A DNA stretch of 61,768 nucleotides, counting the filler, from Nemertoderma westbladi (taxonomy: Eukaryota; Animalia; Xenacoelomorpha): the NCBI GenBank assembly GCA_032718475.1. It is 3 parts of 3 records of this genome, joined end to end, with 100 filler letters (N's around TTAATTAATTAA, not from the genome) between each part and the next. Parts side by side here need not be neighbours in the genome. Positions count along the whole stretch, not along the records: positions 1 to 26,075 come from JAUCBJ010005908.1; positions 26,176 to 45,073 come from JAUCBJ010006525.1; 1 more part is not named here. One strand, written 5' to 3'. Made by a program: the position numbers and the translations under genes. The notes under the pieces were generated by a model that was given only the letters and a program-made list of their open reading frames with translations, did not search any database and had not been told where the DNA came from. Shown one piece after another: positions 24,901 through 38,583 of this stretch (position 1 is its first letter; each line of letters starts with the position of its first letter).

Positions 24901-26075
24901 ACTGGATCCGTTATTAATTCCGCCTCGTAATTAAGGAAGTTCAACATCTCCTCTAGCCCTGGCTCCCCGCACCTTTCCTTTCTCGGGTGGAGAAAGCGAT
25001 CTTTCTCTACTTGTTTCTCAGCCAGATCGGTAGTGCCTGCGCTATTGTAGTGATATTGTTTGATGCATTGAGTTCGTAAGGTGCATCCAGAGTTTTTAAT
25101 GCTATCAGCGCCTTTTCTACTTTATTAACGAAGGTCTTGATGCTGACGGGGTTGTCTGCGAGTCCGCCTGATGTTATTCCCCTTAAGGTTTGTCGGATAA
25201 TCTTTGCAGGATGGCCGAATTCCCTGTCCAGGGCTCACCATGCTATTGTCTCACGATGTCGTATGCTGGCCCCTCTGTATAGACTTTTAGATATTTAAGG
25301 CACTTCGCCTGCGTGAGGTTTTTTGTTAAGATTTCGTTGCTGTACATACGCCGGAATTGCAGATATTCCTCCAGCTTACTACCATCGAACTTGAAGGGCT
25401 CCACTGGCGGCAGCTCAATTCTAGTTTTCAGCGCATCGATGAGTGTTGCCATTCCCATCGCTTGTACTTCCAGCGCGCTCGATGGTAGGGATACAGTTTG
25501 GATACACCTTTGATGTTGGGTACAGTTCACCTATCGGGCCGGGCCCGTCGACATTCCCTGTGTGGGATATATCATCAGGGGTAACGGTCCCCTCCATATC
25601 TCTGTGTCGAACGATTTGTTTGGATCCAAGGGGTTCTTGTTTTTGGTTGCGTATATTGCCGATACTGTAATGGGGGAATATCACCCTGCCCCTCCCCCAC
25701 CCCCCCCCCCCCACCGATGTTATGTTTGGTACTGGGGTTGATGTTATTATATTGGGGCCCATACACCTATCTGCAATACCCCCCCCCCCCTCCCCTGGGT
25801 ATATATTGTATCCCTGCATGTTATAATCATACTGGTGTGTAGGTACTGGTATAGGCCTATCGGGTTCTTGCCTACTGACCGGTATGTATGCCGCGACCTC
25901 CGAGTCTAATCCCGTCATTCGCGCTACCCTATCGCCTACACTATCTCGCCCAGCATGGCCTATGGTATGTGCAGTAAGGCCTACAGTATGTCCTGCAGTC
26001 TGCCTGTGTCCTTCCAGAGATCACCATCTACCAGAGAGTATTCCGAGAAGTCCTCCCTGTGACTACCATATTCTC
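21910..26075 (-). mobile_element. Decayed BEL/Pao LTR retrotransposon internal region
   Basis: Gag (LPPVEPFKFDG...YLQF), Cys knuckles (CQLH...HKTIDC; CHRC...GH), protease (MLVDS), RT (KLRMVVDASAK, NLNDYLLEGP, CDIEGMFNQV, QRFLW, FYVDD), Pao motifs (KALGIVWN, TKR...IYDPLG), integrase zinc region (H...GG...TL.EIRKTFW...CQTC). Many frameshifts; the RNase H core and integrase core appear to be missing. Confidence 0.92.
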
Positions 26076-26175
26076 NNNNNNNNNNNNNNNNNNNNNNNNN
26101 NNNNNNNNNNNNNNNNNNNTTAATTAATTAANNNNNNNNNNNNNNNNNNNNNNNNNNNNNNNNNNNNNNNNNNNN
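26076..26175. other. Artificial contig spacer
   Basis: N-run with central TTAATTAATTAA (stops in all six frames). Confidence 0.97.
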
Positions 26176-26498
26176 AGTAGCGTAGCGACGAACTTTTAAT
26201 GGTGAGGTGAGATTGTGGATATTGAATTCTCGACGAGAATGTTTAATAATAATCGTCGCAAGCGAAGCGCTAGTGAGCGAAACATTTCCAATTTGTTGAA
26301 TATCGCAGCTTTGTAATGGTGTGCTCTAAATGAAATGGTTTCCTTATAATAATACAATGGTAAAATCGTGATAGTTATAATGGAATCCTTCAAAGATACA
26401 ATATGATTGATTATCTACAGTATACAGTATACCTTCAAAGATACAATATGATTGATTATCTACAGTATACAGTATCATGAGTTCGTTACTTCGCTTTA

Positions 26499-27223
26499 CT
26501 ACAATGTCCTGGTATATAGTGTCTTTATTCAGGTACGTATCCCCCCCCCCCCCCTTTCCTACAAATCTGAATGAGATTACATGAAATTTGAAACAGAGAC
26601 AGTTTCACCACCCTCCTCCATAGTGGGTGAGCCAGAATGTTTATTTTTGCTCTCAATGTATCTCCAAGTTATTGAAAAAAGAGCCTCCGGCGATATTTCA
26701 CCAGTTACATCGCAGTTATTCTTCAACATTATAGTGATACTGAACCAATGGAAAGCTGAGTGAGTGAAAAGATTCCAAAAATGTATAAAACATTTTGAAT
26801 TTGGTTGGTAAATAAACAAAATGTTCTAGAATATGGTGTTTATATTTAATAGAATGAAACAGTCCCGCGCAGTTGCAAAACCATCAACTTTTGAACGCTC
26901 ATATCTCAGCTACTTTTCAACGTAATTTAGGTTGTACATATTTGGAATGTTTGCATGGCCAGCTATCTAAGAGTACCAACCTATCACTATAAGGTTGAAA
27001 ATTAACTGTAATGTAACTGGTGAAATATCACCGGAGACAGCTTTTTCAAAGCTTGTAGCTAAAAATTGAAAGTAAAATAAATTCTGGTTCACCAGATGAG
27101 TAGGAGGGAGGTGAAACCATCTCTGTTTCAAATTTCATGCAATCTCATTAAGATTTTTAGAAAAATTTGGGTGATGTTGGGGGTACATGTACCTGAATAA
27201 CGACATTAAATTCCAGGACATGT
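26499..27223. mobile_element. Tc1/mariner-type foldback MITE, diverged copy
   Basis: Long inverted arms (ATGTCCTGG...ATGAAATTTGAAACAGAG / CTCTGTTTCAAATTTCAT...CCAGGACAT); same family as 42204-43044 and 53427-53702. Confidence 0.8.
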
Positions 27224-27351
27224 TTTGTTGTAACACTGTGTTTTTAGAAAACGCCATGAAGGCCTACTGAATACGATGCGCGTTATCAATAACCTACGTA
27301 GAGTAGGTAGAAAACATGCCGAATCATCAGAAACAGAGTCAATGCAATAAT

Positions 27352-29082
27352 CTATATGATTTCTAACTCCACATCATCCAAATCAGTTTCTCTGTCGGGA
27401 TTTCCACGATCACCTTTTCCAAAACGTATCCCACGGGTGATTTGCGGCTCACGCGGAACTTTCCCAGACCAGAGGAACCAAAATTCGTGTCGTCCCCAGG
27501 CCAGAATTGCTACGGATCCGACGCAGCACGGAACTAAATACAACAGAGCTGGTTGCCCTTTACCGCTCATAATTAACGCCACATAGGCCATTCCCAACCC
27601 CAGAGTGTAGGCGGTAACAACCATTATGAAGTAGACAGGGCATTTGTTCCCCATGCATCTATCGAAACCTTTGCAATAGACAATCATAGAACCTGGAATG
27701 ATGACGTCCCCGTAACCCAACACGGAATACTGATTCATGCAGCTTTGGTAGGGGAAACTCATAAAATTCGGCAATTTCAGCAACATTGGTATTGTCTCCC
27801 CCGAATAATAATCATTTTTCGGATCGGTGTTAGACGAATAATCCAAACCGGGGTCCTGTTTTGAGGTAAAACCTGTAGCCACCTCCTCCATTATACTCAC
27901 ATTGGAACTCGTGAAAAAAGGTGTTATAAACACAAAGAATATGTCATAGATGAAGACGAACCCGAGGAGAATGGCGCACAATCTGAAGTTCGGCATTCGG
28001 CAATGCTTCAGTATGAATACGGATAAACACGTTCCCATTAAGTTTTGGAGAAACCAGATATCATGGTGTTTACGATGCAGAAACCAGAATACGGCCAAAC
28101 CAGTGCTCATAACTAGCAGCACAATATCCAATGCGTTCAGGAAAACGTTGTTAAAAAATAATTGCACTCGACAACCTCCTGGGAACCCAGAGGCTTTAAA
28201 AAAGAACCTGAGGAGGTAGAATATAGCAGCCGAAGTGGAGATACAGAAGATCACAATGACTAGCATGACCATGTAGTTGTAGGCGTAGTAGAGTAGTAGA
28301 ATAAAAACGATGATAAAGACAACAGAGGAAATCATCAGGCATGCAGATATGGAGCTGGGGGATATGGTCGCTATACCAGTGGAGGGCAGGACTGGCACTG
28401 TGGATGGTCTCGCCGACTCAGTAGTAGCCACAGTGTCGCCAGCATTACTGGGTACATTAATATGATTATCCTCGCACCCTGGTATGCTAGAAATGCTACT
28501 CAATCTCTGATTTGTGCGACCTGTGGGCTCAGCCAAAATCGAACCCAAAACAACTGTACTAACTGCTATCACAACGAGCATGGCGATGTTACAATCCCAT
28601 GACGAGAACGAAGGGGCGTATAGGGTGGCATTTAGGTTTGATCCGAACTTCTGAATGTCCTTCATATCTTTCCATGCAAGCTTTACAGTCGGTATTTGAA
28701 TGTCACTAGTTCGTGTAGCCCTATGTCCCTTATATTGACATGAAACATTTCCAACTACAATGACGGCGCTACCTCCAGCTTTCTCTACATTGGCTGTTCT
28801 TTCAGCCATGGAACAGTTGCCATCGCAGTTAATTACAACATAATTCTGGGATTGTGAGGAGATATTCGAACAACCATCTATGTTGATGAAACTGATAGCA
28901 TTGGTTGGGGTTTCAGCCACTAGGGATAAATTGGATATATTCGGATTGTATGAGACACAAAACTCCTTGTATGATTCGGCTGAATGAACCCGTAGAACGC
29001 CTAAAGAAGACTTGACAAGTGGTATCCATGGTAACGTTGTGAGGGAGGTAATAAGAAGCATTAGCATACAATTTGTCGGCAT
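27352..29082 (-). CDS. SPPL2: Signal peptide peptidase-like 2 family GxGD aspartyl protease (576 aa), intronless CDS
   Basis: Signal peptide, PA domain (GNCSMAERTANVEKAGG), catalytic YD (FIYDIFFVFITP), LGYGD, and QPALLYLVP. Confidence 0.95.
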   Translation of the reverse strand: MPTNCMLMLLITSLTTLPWIPLVKSSLGVLRVHSAESYKEFCVSYNPNISNLSLVAETPTNAISFINIDGCSNISSQSQNYVVINCDGNCSMAERTANVEKAGGSAVIVVGNVSCQYKGHRATRTSDIQIPTVKLAWKDMKDIQKFGSNLNATLYAPSFSSWDCNIAMLVVIAVSTVVLGSILAEPTGRTNQRLSSISSIPGCEDNHINVPSNAGDTVATTESARPSTVPVLPSTGIATISPSSISACLMISSVVFIIVFILLLYYAYNYMVMLVIVIFCISTSAAIFYLLRFFFKASGFPGGCRVQLFFNNVFLNALDIVLLVMSTGLAVFWFLHRKHHDIWFLQNLMGTCLSVFILKHCRMPNFRLCAILLGFVFIYDIFFVFITPFFTSSNVSIMEEVATGFTSKQDPGLDYSSNTDPKNDYYSGETIPMLLKLPNFMSFPYQSCMNQYSVLGYGDVIIPGSMIVYCKGFDRCMGNKCPVYFIMVVTAYTLGLGMAYVALIMSGKGQPALLYLVPCCVGSVAILAWGRHEFWFLWSGKVPREPQITRGIRFGKGDRGNPDRETDLDDVELEII

Positions 29083-32000
29083 TGCGGGTAGTTAATTTAT
29101 CACGAGTTATAACAACGAACCCTTCAATGGTTTTATTGATACTATAAGTTACTTTATCATAATTCCACGAATTATTGACAGGTAAGGCGGCAGGCCCCTT
29201 TACACCCTCACATCAAATCAACAAAAACTAGTAAATGGAAATGCCAAAACCATAAGTTTTTTTTTAATAGCTAATTAAAATTAAAAAAAAATCACTGTAT
29301 TAAGGTCATTATATTCAGAAATTAATGATATAGGCCTACTTAGAATACGTATACTGTATAATATTTATTATTTAGCAGACAGCGGGTAATATTTTCTGAT
29401 CAAATCCAACAGAGCAGAAAATGGGTTTTCTTTGTGTAGAAGCTTCCAACGAAACTCAGCTAGTTGTTGGGCGAAAGTCAAATCTTAGCTGTAGAAATTC
29501 GAATATTCTAGAAAATTCAATTTCCTTGACATCAAATAAAACATAAACTAACAAAAAATAAAATTTATAAGTTTTTTAAAATTTGTTCTAGAACAAAAAC
29601 TATTTGGTCTAGAACATTTTCTTATTTTTTTTTCAAATGTATCTCATGTTCTAGAACATTTCATAAAAAGAAATAGCAAAAACTAGCTAGTAAAAAAAAA
29701 TTGAGGGGGGGGGGGGTGTACCTATAACACACTAGTACCCGTACTTCTATAACATCATGCGTCATGCGTACCGTATTGAATTTTTATGATAGCTATTATT
29801 TTCTGACTACCGGTAGCTAGCTACTTAGTGTTTTTAGAAAAAAAAAACTAAAAAATATACTTTTATGAAATAAAGTATCTGAACACATTACTCTGCAGTT
29901 TAAATGTTCTAGAACGTTAGCTAGTGTCAAATTTTTGCTCTATAGCTACCCAGTTTTGGTAAAAAATATACCTACGTCAAGTTTAGCAAACTGATAATAG
30001 ATTGTATGATGGAATTATTGGTACCGGTACTAGTTCAGTATGCCTACACCCCAATCCAAATTTTTTCATACTATGTAGGTACCTAGTATTATTTGTGGTA
30101 TTACTGTATAATTATTTTTTAAAATAGTACAGTAGCTAGCAGATATTAGCTAAAATGTTCCAAAAATATATTTTCAGTGTTGCTTACACATTAACATCAA
30201 TAAAATAAAATAAAATTAAATATATTACTATATTACTGTATACTATTGTAGGTAAATTTGCTCCATTTGACAAGTTGCTCCGTGTGAGGGGGTCCTTACG
30301 GTCATTTGTTGTAATATTAATTGTTATTGACAAAAATCAATAAAAAAAGTTGGGAACAGTTCCGTATGCAGTCGCATTTTCTAAAATTTATTATGAAATG
30401 TATTATTAATGTATAATTAATGTATATGGGGATATATTATGACTAATTTAGAACTAACTTACCATCATTGTTGACTTCCTCACAACATTTTTAAAAAATA
30501 TTGTGTTCTAGAACACAATATTAGATACTTTCAGAATATTAGCTACCGCTAATCAAAAGTTAACAGTTCCATCTTGCCTACATTTTTATAACATAAATCA
30601 TTGTTACCAAGGCAATATTGTAGAGTTCTAGAACAAAATATAATTATTATTCACTTTTCTAGAACATATATAAAATAAAAAATATAATATTCTATAACAT
30701 ATAGCTAGTCATTTTTCAAATTTAAAATGGCTAGTAATTCAAAACAACTACAGTTTTATAACATAAATCATTTTGTTACCATTACCATGCAAAAAATAAA
30801 AACTGCTAGAAAATTATCTATATTTTTGGTCAGTAAACAGTTTAAACCTGAAATATAAATGTTTTCACATTTTTTTATAATTACAAAAAATACTAGCTAG
30901 TAAATAAAAACACTATCTACCATAAAAAAGCCTACATTATTCATTTATAGCTATTTTTTTTTAAATACACTAGTCCTACAGTAGTTGTAGTTACCATAAA
31001 AAACACTAGCTACCAGTACCACAAAATTTTATACAATCGAATACCGGTACTCATTTATCTAAAAAAAATTCAAAAAGTACCACAAATATCACACAAAAAT
31101 TATATTAGAAATGGATTAATAATTTGTATTTATATAAAACACTAGCTAGTGTCGTCTAACAGAAAAAGGCAGTACAAGATGATCATAATTACCACAAAAA
31201 TGTATAAATCAGTCGCATAACCATGGCAAATGTCCTTGGTAATGGTGACACATATCGTACTAATGCCCCCACAATCAATTAGCTGATACAATTTGAGATT
31301 TCTTTAGGAACCGGTAGTCCTATTATTTGCAGAAATCAGTCAGTTGAAAAGCCAAATTTCGAAACCAGCTAAAGTTCTAGAATATCTAAACAGTAATAAA
31401 ATCGGTATCATGCTTTGGATGAACAGAAATTAAAATGAAAAATTTAATAAAATCTTCACGAAATGTTTGATTTTTCGATTTACATTAAATTTCCATTGTG
31501 TTTATATGTAATCTCAACCAGCTACCGTAGTAAATTACGGCTGCTTGGCCTATAACTTGGGACGCCTTGATTTTTCCCTCAATGTAACTAGAAAAGTACC
31601 TAACTGCTTTGTGGCCTGTCGTTTAAAATGTGCAGCTAAAACTGCAATAATTCTGGAACAAAACATAACTATTACCATTGAAACATCTACAGTAAAATGG
31701 GTGTGTTGACAGCATGAAGAGACATGGCACATAACACGGTATTGCACTGCGTAGTGTGGAACGGCTCGACACCGCATTGGACAGCCTCGCACTGCGACGT
31801 ATTGTAGTATGTGTAGTAACTGCTCCAACGCTAAACACATTTAAATCGCGACTAAATACGAACTACAACAACTAACCAATAAAATTCACTCTTTCATGGT
31901 GGACTGAATAACAAAAGACCCCCACCCCTCCCCTCATCACTACCCACCCACAATCCCCAAACGCTCGAATTCAACATTGCCTTTTTCATTTGTATCATAT

Positions 32001-32784
32001 GTTTGTAATTGTTTGCTAAATAATATTCTACCTGCTATACTTACTTACATACCGGTACTACTATAATTACTTTCAATTTATTTTGGTGTGTAGGGGTGAC
32101 ATTAGCTTTCTTTTTGCCCTAACTAAACTATTTAACATGGTATATGCCATAATATAAAAATAATAGCTAGCAGCCCCCCCCCCCCCTGACACGTTTTTTA
32201 AATGTCTACAATTTCTACTGAAATTAACATATTTTGATTTATACAGTATCGGTGTTAAAATATGGCTAAACATTTGTCCTTTCGAAAAATTTTCAGCGCT
32301 CTAGCGGCCATTGAATGAAACAAGATTTGCGGTTAAATTGCTACTAGTCATTCAATCTGAGGTGAAAGTTTCACCTTTTAGATAATTTAATTATCTGAAA
32401 CAAATTTTTTTCGAATTAAGGAGGTGAGCCCCACAAAAGTTATCGGTTAAAATTTTTAGTTTTGAGTTTTTATGAAAATTTTACTACTTATTAATATTTG
32501 GCAAAATTTTTGGCTTTAATCTGAAAAATTCGCTGTAAAAAACAGAAATATAAAAATTCCAACCGATAATTTTTAAAGAACTGCCGAAACCCTTTCGAAT
32601 GAGCCAAAAATAAAGAAAATTGGTTAAAAAATGGCGAAGGAGTAGTAAATTTGAAAAATGTAATTCGGAGATAATAGCCTTCAAAGTTTAAACCTTCCCG
32701 CCAAAAGTGGCTGTCTGTGGTCTGGTTGGTTAATCATTTCTGGCACGATAGAAGCACATAACCGGGCTAAAACTATCATTATGA

Positions 32785-35215
32785 GGGTCAATAAGCTTAA
32801 AAGTGGCCAAAAAGGGGTAAAAATTGACCGAAAAATTTTTGTCGGAAATTAGTGCAAAACCATACACCATTCGAAAGATAATTTCATGGCGAATCTTGTG
32901 ATGGTAGAGGGAGAGCATGAGGCGCTGCTCAAAGGGAGATATATGGCAAAAACTAATGTCATATCTGTAACGTTTTTGTCTACCACTGTAACGCATTACA
33001 GTGATGACATTTATGGGACAAACGTCTGTAACGGCCATCTGTAACGGTAATTATGTTATATGGATTTGCAGTATTTATAACTTATTGCTTCGACAATAAA
33101 GTAATTTATTGGACAAACATCTGTAACAAACAGCGATATCTGCCCATAACCATCGCATTCACTATAAATTATATGTACTTAATACACATGATTTCAATAA
33201 ATAGAACAAGTTTTTCACTAACATTTTTGTGTGTAACCGATAATCTTGTTTTACACGATTTTTTTTATCCCGTGTTAAATTTTCTCTATCGCGCCGCTTT
33301 TTATTAGCTTGTTTAAAATACTCTGTATAACAACCGTGGTCCATTTTTTATCTGTACTTATTTAACCAATCCCTGGCGTTTCTCTGCAACTGATTCAGAG
33401 ACGTCCATTGCCTCATCCAATAAACGTATCTGTCTAAACTTATCACAATAATATAAGTAGTGCACAAGTCCGTCATGTAACTAAGTAAGTGATGTTGAGC
33501 CAATGATTTAGAAATTGATAGTAAAATATAGTCCTTTTATATGCTATGAGTATTTAATCATTAGAGTAAATTATAATCTTACATTGAAGTTACACAAGAC
33601 TCACTGATAACAGTCACTGGATTATTTACTTTTGTTTATTTATTGCTTCATGTCAGATGAAATTAGACATACAAATTTATTGAAGTCTATCTATATACTG
33701 TACGTCTGCAGACCCTAATCATGAAAAACGAAAAACAAAATATTGGGGCCAAAGGACCGTCTGTACAATATATGGTATGTTAAAAAAAACACTGTTTGTA
33801 GGAAATGTATCTTTTACAATTCTAAACGAAATAAAGCGAAATTTTCCAGAAAGCACATTTTATTAATACATAACATTTATAAGATGGAGATTGTATATAT
33901 TTGCAATTAATTCCTAAATAATTTACCACGGACCCAGAAGCTCTGGATTCATACAATTTCATATGTGAAATGAATCTGCGCTTTACTCCCCAGAATCCAC
34001 AATCACCTCTTCCCGGATAGAGATAAACGTGAATCCGTGTTTTACTCCCCTTACGGGATCCAGTAACACTTGACAATGAAAATTAGCTTGAATTCGCATT
34101 TTGCACTCATTTCCGGATTTCATGAAAATCCGGATCCGCGTTTTAACCTCAAAATCCGGGTACCGATCCGGATCCTGCATCCGGTTCCGCGTTTTACACT
34201 TACCCATCTTACACTACCACATTACCACGAGCAGTTAGGATGTCAGTAGGAAGATGAAGAACGTATCAAACGCGTAGGCATTCAAATATTGTCAGTGATG
34301 CCTTATTGTATTTCAGGGTTACCCTCCGTTACAGATAGGACTGTCATATAGATATGACTGAAAACCTACAGTCTGTAACGCATCGATAACTGGTTATATA
34401 ATGCGTTACAGATGAGACATCCCCTATCTGTAACGCACTGCACTGTAACGGTGACGCGTTACAGATGGTTGACAAAATCGCTTTCCACCGCCATACATCC
34501 TAGGTGTTTATTTATCACATTAACTTTTGGGGTTAATGCGGCATAAATTAAAATTGCCTTTCCACACGTACCATTATACTTGTATGAGATTAATATTATC
34601 AAAATCTATGGCCACATTTGTAGCGTTACAGATATGGACGTTTATGCTTTCTATATTGACTTTGTTAAACATAAATGCTTCCCAAATGAGATGACCTTAC
34701 CCTTTGTATGTGATATTTGGCCTATATATGTTAGAAACCCTGTAGATTCTAAATATATCAAAACTGTAAACCTACAGTTACTACTTCAGATTCTAGACGT
34801 AAATGTTACAGATGTGACACAAAAATTGAAAAATCCATGCCCATTTTATGTATCGATCTCAAATGGTTCAACATGAATATTATGGCCTGAAATATATCGG
34901 AAAAGAAAGCAAAACATCTAAGCTTCCCAACAATATATAGGTTTCCTATATATTTGCCACTTGGGGTGATAAAATTTACAGCTGTTTGTGGTCTTGTCAC
35001 GTAAGGGACAACTGATTTTCACGATATTTCAGTCTTTGATGGGGCATATCTTTTGACTGCCTTTACAGATTTTGATAATTTTTAGTGCGTAAGCTGCGCA
35101 AATAAATTAGCTACAAAATAATATATAACTTTAATATATACGAATAAATTAAAGCATTTAAAATTATATCGTAACTTCCGGACAAACCATTGGCCACTTT
35201 TAAGCTTATTGACCC
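32785..35215. mobile_element. Non-coding DNA transposon remnant with a perfect 26-bp inverted repeat and clustered CTGTAACG/CGTTACAG motifs
   Basis: GGGTCAATAAGCTTAAAAGTGGCCAA at 32785-32810 is inverted at 35190-35215. Motif clusters at ~32965-33130 and ~34325-34810. True termini not resolved. Confidence 0.55.
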
Positions 35216-36071
35216 ATGAGGGTTTTCTGGGTCGCTGATTTCATTTCCGATGTCAGTTAATTTAAGGTTTGGTGGAATATAGTCTGTCTGTATGACCAAT
35301 ATATAGAAGTATAGAAAAACAGCGATAACTCGAGAACTAAAAGAGGTTTCGCTAAGCAGTTTTTATATTTGAGATACTCATTAAATTCTGCTATAGACTA
35401 AATAAAAACAAATATTTTAAATATTTGACAAGGGGGGGGGGGGGGGGGGGGGGGGGTACTCCGGCCTTAAAAGCGAGTAATTTAAATAACTACTATTTTG
35501 AAACATGTCCACCAGCCATTAAATACCTTTGAAGATTTCTTAACGAAAGAAAAAATACGGTTTTTACCATTCGCTGTTATTACTAACGGCGTATTTATGT
35601 AGTATTTGTAGTGTAGAGTAATATTTAAATTAAAAAGTACCCTACAGTACAGTTGAAATAATTGTTTCCAATACTTTCATTCATGTAACAAGCTACCTGG
35701 ATCAGCCCGTAATAATGTTACTTTACTCACAACTACGATATTTTATTTTTAGACTATAATATTATTATATTATATTATTTGTCAACTTTATCTTTAACAG
35801 ATATCTTATCACTAATAAATCTCCTTTGGGAATAGTCAATTAATAATTATGCCATTAAATATAATTAACATAATTATTAAAACAACTGCGTCTAAACAAA
35901 TGTCAAATTTGCTCAGATGCGGATTCAGATTCTATATAAATCCCAGGTGATTAGTTGGTCGTTAATCGTTATTATAAAAGCTTCAATATTCTTGGCATTA
36001 AATACATTTTATATAATATTATAATAAAATACGTAATTTCTGTAATGCAAAATTACCGGATATTAAGAAAA

Positions 36072-37922
36072 TTAGAACAAGTTCTTCGGCAGCAAAGCGG
36101 CCACTGTGGGTAGTATTTCGGCGCAGGATTTCCGCCAGTTTATTATCTGTTTAGAGACGCTGCACCAAAGTTCACCGTGGTGTGGGTCTGCGTTGACGCA
36201 ACCCTTAACCACATCGACCAGCTGGTCCGCGCCCCCGAACTGAGTCTCGAAGGCGTAGTAATGGGCCCAGGTGTCGCCGAGGTCGGGGTCTATCTTTATA
36301 GCCCGCTGGAACCACTCCCTCGCCTTCGTGAGTTTCCGTTCGGCCCAGAAGAGTTTCGCGACCGCGAGCAACACGTACGGATCGTGTTCGCACTTTTTGA
36401 GCGCGTCGACGCTCTTGGCCTTGCGCTGCGGGCGCGACTCCAGGAATATCGCCTCGGCCCAGAGCATCCCGGACACCTCCTTGGGGCACTCCTGCATGCC
36501 GCGAGCCATTAGATTGTGCGCGATCTGTTTATTACCCGCACGCAGCTCCACCCGGGCCGCCTCCAGCCACAGCTCCGGAGACTGGGGGTTAGCCATTCGC
36601 GCTTTCTCCAGAACCGCGCGCGCTTTAATCAAATTGCCCGCCTCTAGTCGCGCCCACAGCAACCAGAGGGGCGTCGAGGTGGGGTTCCGTTTGACCCCGT
36701 CGGAGTAGGACCGACTGGCCAGATCCTTGTCGCCTTGCTCCCCGTGCAGTTGGCCCTTCATCATCCAGAGTTTAGCGAAGTCTGCGTACCTCGCGATGCC
36801 CTGAGCGCACAACCGCTGCGCCTCCACCAAGTTCCCCAACATCCACTCCAACTTCACCGACTTCATCATAACTTTCGCCGTCATAGCGTTGTCTCTCGCT
36901 TTCTTTAACAAGCGTCTGGCCCGCTCGTCCTCGTTATTCTCGGACTCTAGTTTAACCGCGGCCAACCAGATCCTCTCGCTGTTCGGGTTGGCTTGGAAGG
37001 CCAACGCGAGGATGGTCCGTGCAGCCTTCACGTCCCCCGCCAACCACTTGGACTTGGCTCCTCGCAGCCACAACTCCTCGGCCTTGGGGCAGTGCGCGAC
37101 CGCGCGTTGCAGCAACGACTCCAACGACTCCCGCGTCCCATGGTTGCTCTCCAACCGCGCCGCTTCCCGCCATACACTCTCCTTCCCTGGGAACACCCCC
37201 AATGCGTGGGCGTACACCGCCCTCGCTGCCCCGTACGCCGCCCGACCGACAGCCGACTCAGCATCCTCCAACCATTGCTCCTCCCTATCCTGTTCCTCCA
37301 CATCCATCCCTATCGTGTGTCTCACTATCGCCTTGCAGGTTATCTCGCTTCCTGCTTTATCGGCATCCTCGGCGTCCTGCAACCATTCCTCCCGGTTAAT
37401 CTCCACCGCGTTGCTCTGGAGGGAAGAGATCGCGCGTTCCACAATCTTATCAACGCGCTCCACGTTCCCCTGGGCTTCCTCCAGTTTAGCAGCGGTGATC
37501 CAAATCATACGATCGGTGGGAACGTTCTCCCGCGCGCGGTTGAGCACTCGTCTCGCGTTGTCGTAGGTCTCGAGTTTAGAGAGCGCCAACCAGAGGTCGA
37601 CGCTCTGGGGGCAGCATTCCACACCCCGGGACAACATAACCCGAGCGTCATCGAGTTCCTCCAACTCCACCGCCGCCTTCCACAGTCGCACCGAGTTGGG
37701 AACCGCCTCCAACGCGCGTCGGAAGACACGCCGTTTACCCTTGGTCGTGGTCTCGAGACGCGACGCGGCTATCCACAGCTTCACGCTGGTCGCGATGTGT
37801 CGCACACCCTGTGCGACCACTGCCTTACCTGTGTCGCTCGGTTGCAACCTGATCGCCTCCAGCCAGATATCCTCGTTATTGGGACACATTTCCGTCCCTT
37901 TCATCACTATATTCCGCGCCAC
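36072..37922 (-). CDS. PRPF6: PRPF6 exon 2 (HAT/TPR repeats, 616 aa)
   Basis: [14 protein letters not shown]...WLEAIRL through [12 protein letters not shown]...DPHHGELW matches PRPF6. Acceptor ctcttgtttcccAG at 37924-37923. Confidence 0.97.
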   Translation of the reverse strand: MARNIVMKGTEMCPNNEDIWLEAIRLQPSDTGKAVVAQGVRHIATSVKLWIAASRLETTTKGKRRVFRRALEAVPNSVRLWKAAVELEELDDARVMLSRGVECCPQSVDLWLALSKLETYDNARRVLNRARENVPTDRMIWITAAKLEEAQGNVERVDKIVERAISSLQSNAVEINREEWLQDAEDADKAGSEITCKAIVRHTIGMDVEEQDREEQWLEDAESAVGRAAYGAARAVYAHALGVFPGKESVWREAARLESNHGTRESLESLLQRAVAHCPKAEELWLRGAKSKWLAGDVKAARTILALAFQANPNSERIWLAAVKLESENNEDERARRLLKKARDNAMTAKVMMKSVKLEWMLGNLVEAQRLCAQGIARYADFAKLWMMKGQLHGEQGDKDLASRSYSDGVKRNPTSTPLWLLWARLEAGNLIKARAVLEKARMANPQSPELWLEAARVELRAGNKQIAHNLMARGMQECPKEVSGMLWAEAIFLESRPQRKAKSVDALKKCEHDPYVLLAVAKLFWAERKLTKAREWFQRAIKIDPDLGDTWAHYYAFETQFGGADQLVDVVKGCVNADPHHGELWCSVSKQIINWRKSCAEILPTVAALLPKNLF

Positions 37923-38388
37923 CTGGGAAACAAGAGTTTGTTTAAATAACTATAACGTAGTATTAAATATTATTAATGTTGTCGCACTTAACTAATTATA
38001 AGTTTTAGTTATGGGAACTAAGATAACCTAACTTGGGAAAGTCGATGAAAGGATTTTAATTTAATATTTAAAAAATCAAATCAAATTTTATATAAATGTT
38101 ACTCCTCGGTTGAACATTTCGTAGAGGGATGCCTGTCTAAATACTGTTACAATCCGAGCACAAACTCAATTCAATCCTATAACAATCCCATTATATTCCT
38201 AGACTGACCCATGGCCTATTATAGTAGGTCTAATTACAAATTTAGCGGAATCTCATTACAACTCTAGCCCAACCCCATTACAGTATAACTCTAGCACAAC
38301 CCCATTATCACCTATATAAGCCCCCGCCCCGAACAATAAACATTATCCATCAGAGATCAACGATCACTGAACAGTCTAGTGAATACCA

Positions 38389-38482
38389 GAAGCCTCAGAT
38401 CAAAGTAATGTTGTCCATATTAAATAAAATCATAGTTTGGTTACTCATAAGAGGTGTCAGAAAGACTATCATCATCGGCATC
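38389..38482 (-). ncRNA. SNORD60: Box C/D snoRNA, SNORD60 (U60/snR48)-like, copy C
   Basis: GATGCC-G-ATGATGA (box C) ... TTTCTGACACCTCTT-ATGA (guide plus D') ... CTGA (box D)-GGCTTC; terminal stem with one mismatch. Confidence 0.85.
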
Positions 38483-38583
38483 ATGGTACACCCCCCCCCC
38501 CCCCCACACCGCATTCAACAAAGCTATCACAAATGGAATCCCGCAGCCGAGGTAAGTCTCCAAGTCTCCAGTTTTTTTTTGTT

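Noticed and set aside
26076-26175. TTAATTAATTAA palindrome as a biological site, and linkage across the gaps
   Set aside because: An identical spacer occurs at 45074-45173, so it is an artificial join. Adjacency across it carries no information.
36177-37995. Several long plus-strand and alternate-frame ORFs over PRPF6 exon 2
   Set aside because: Shadow ORFs caused by high GC and codon bias; no recognisable domains.
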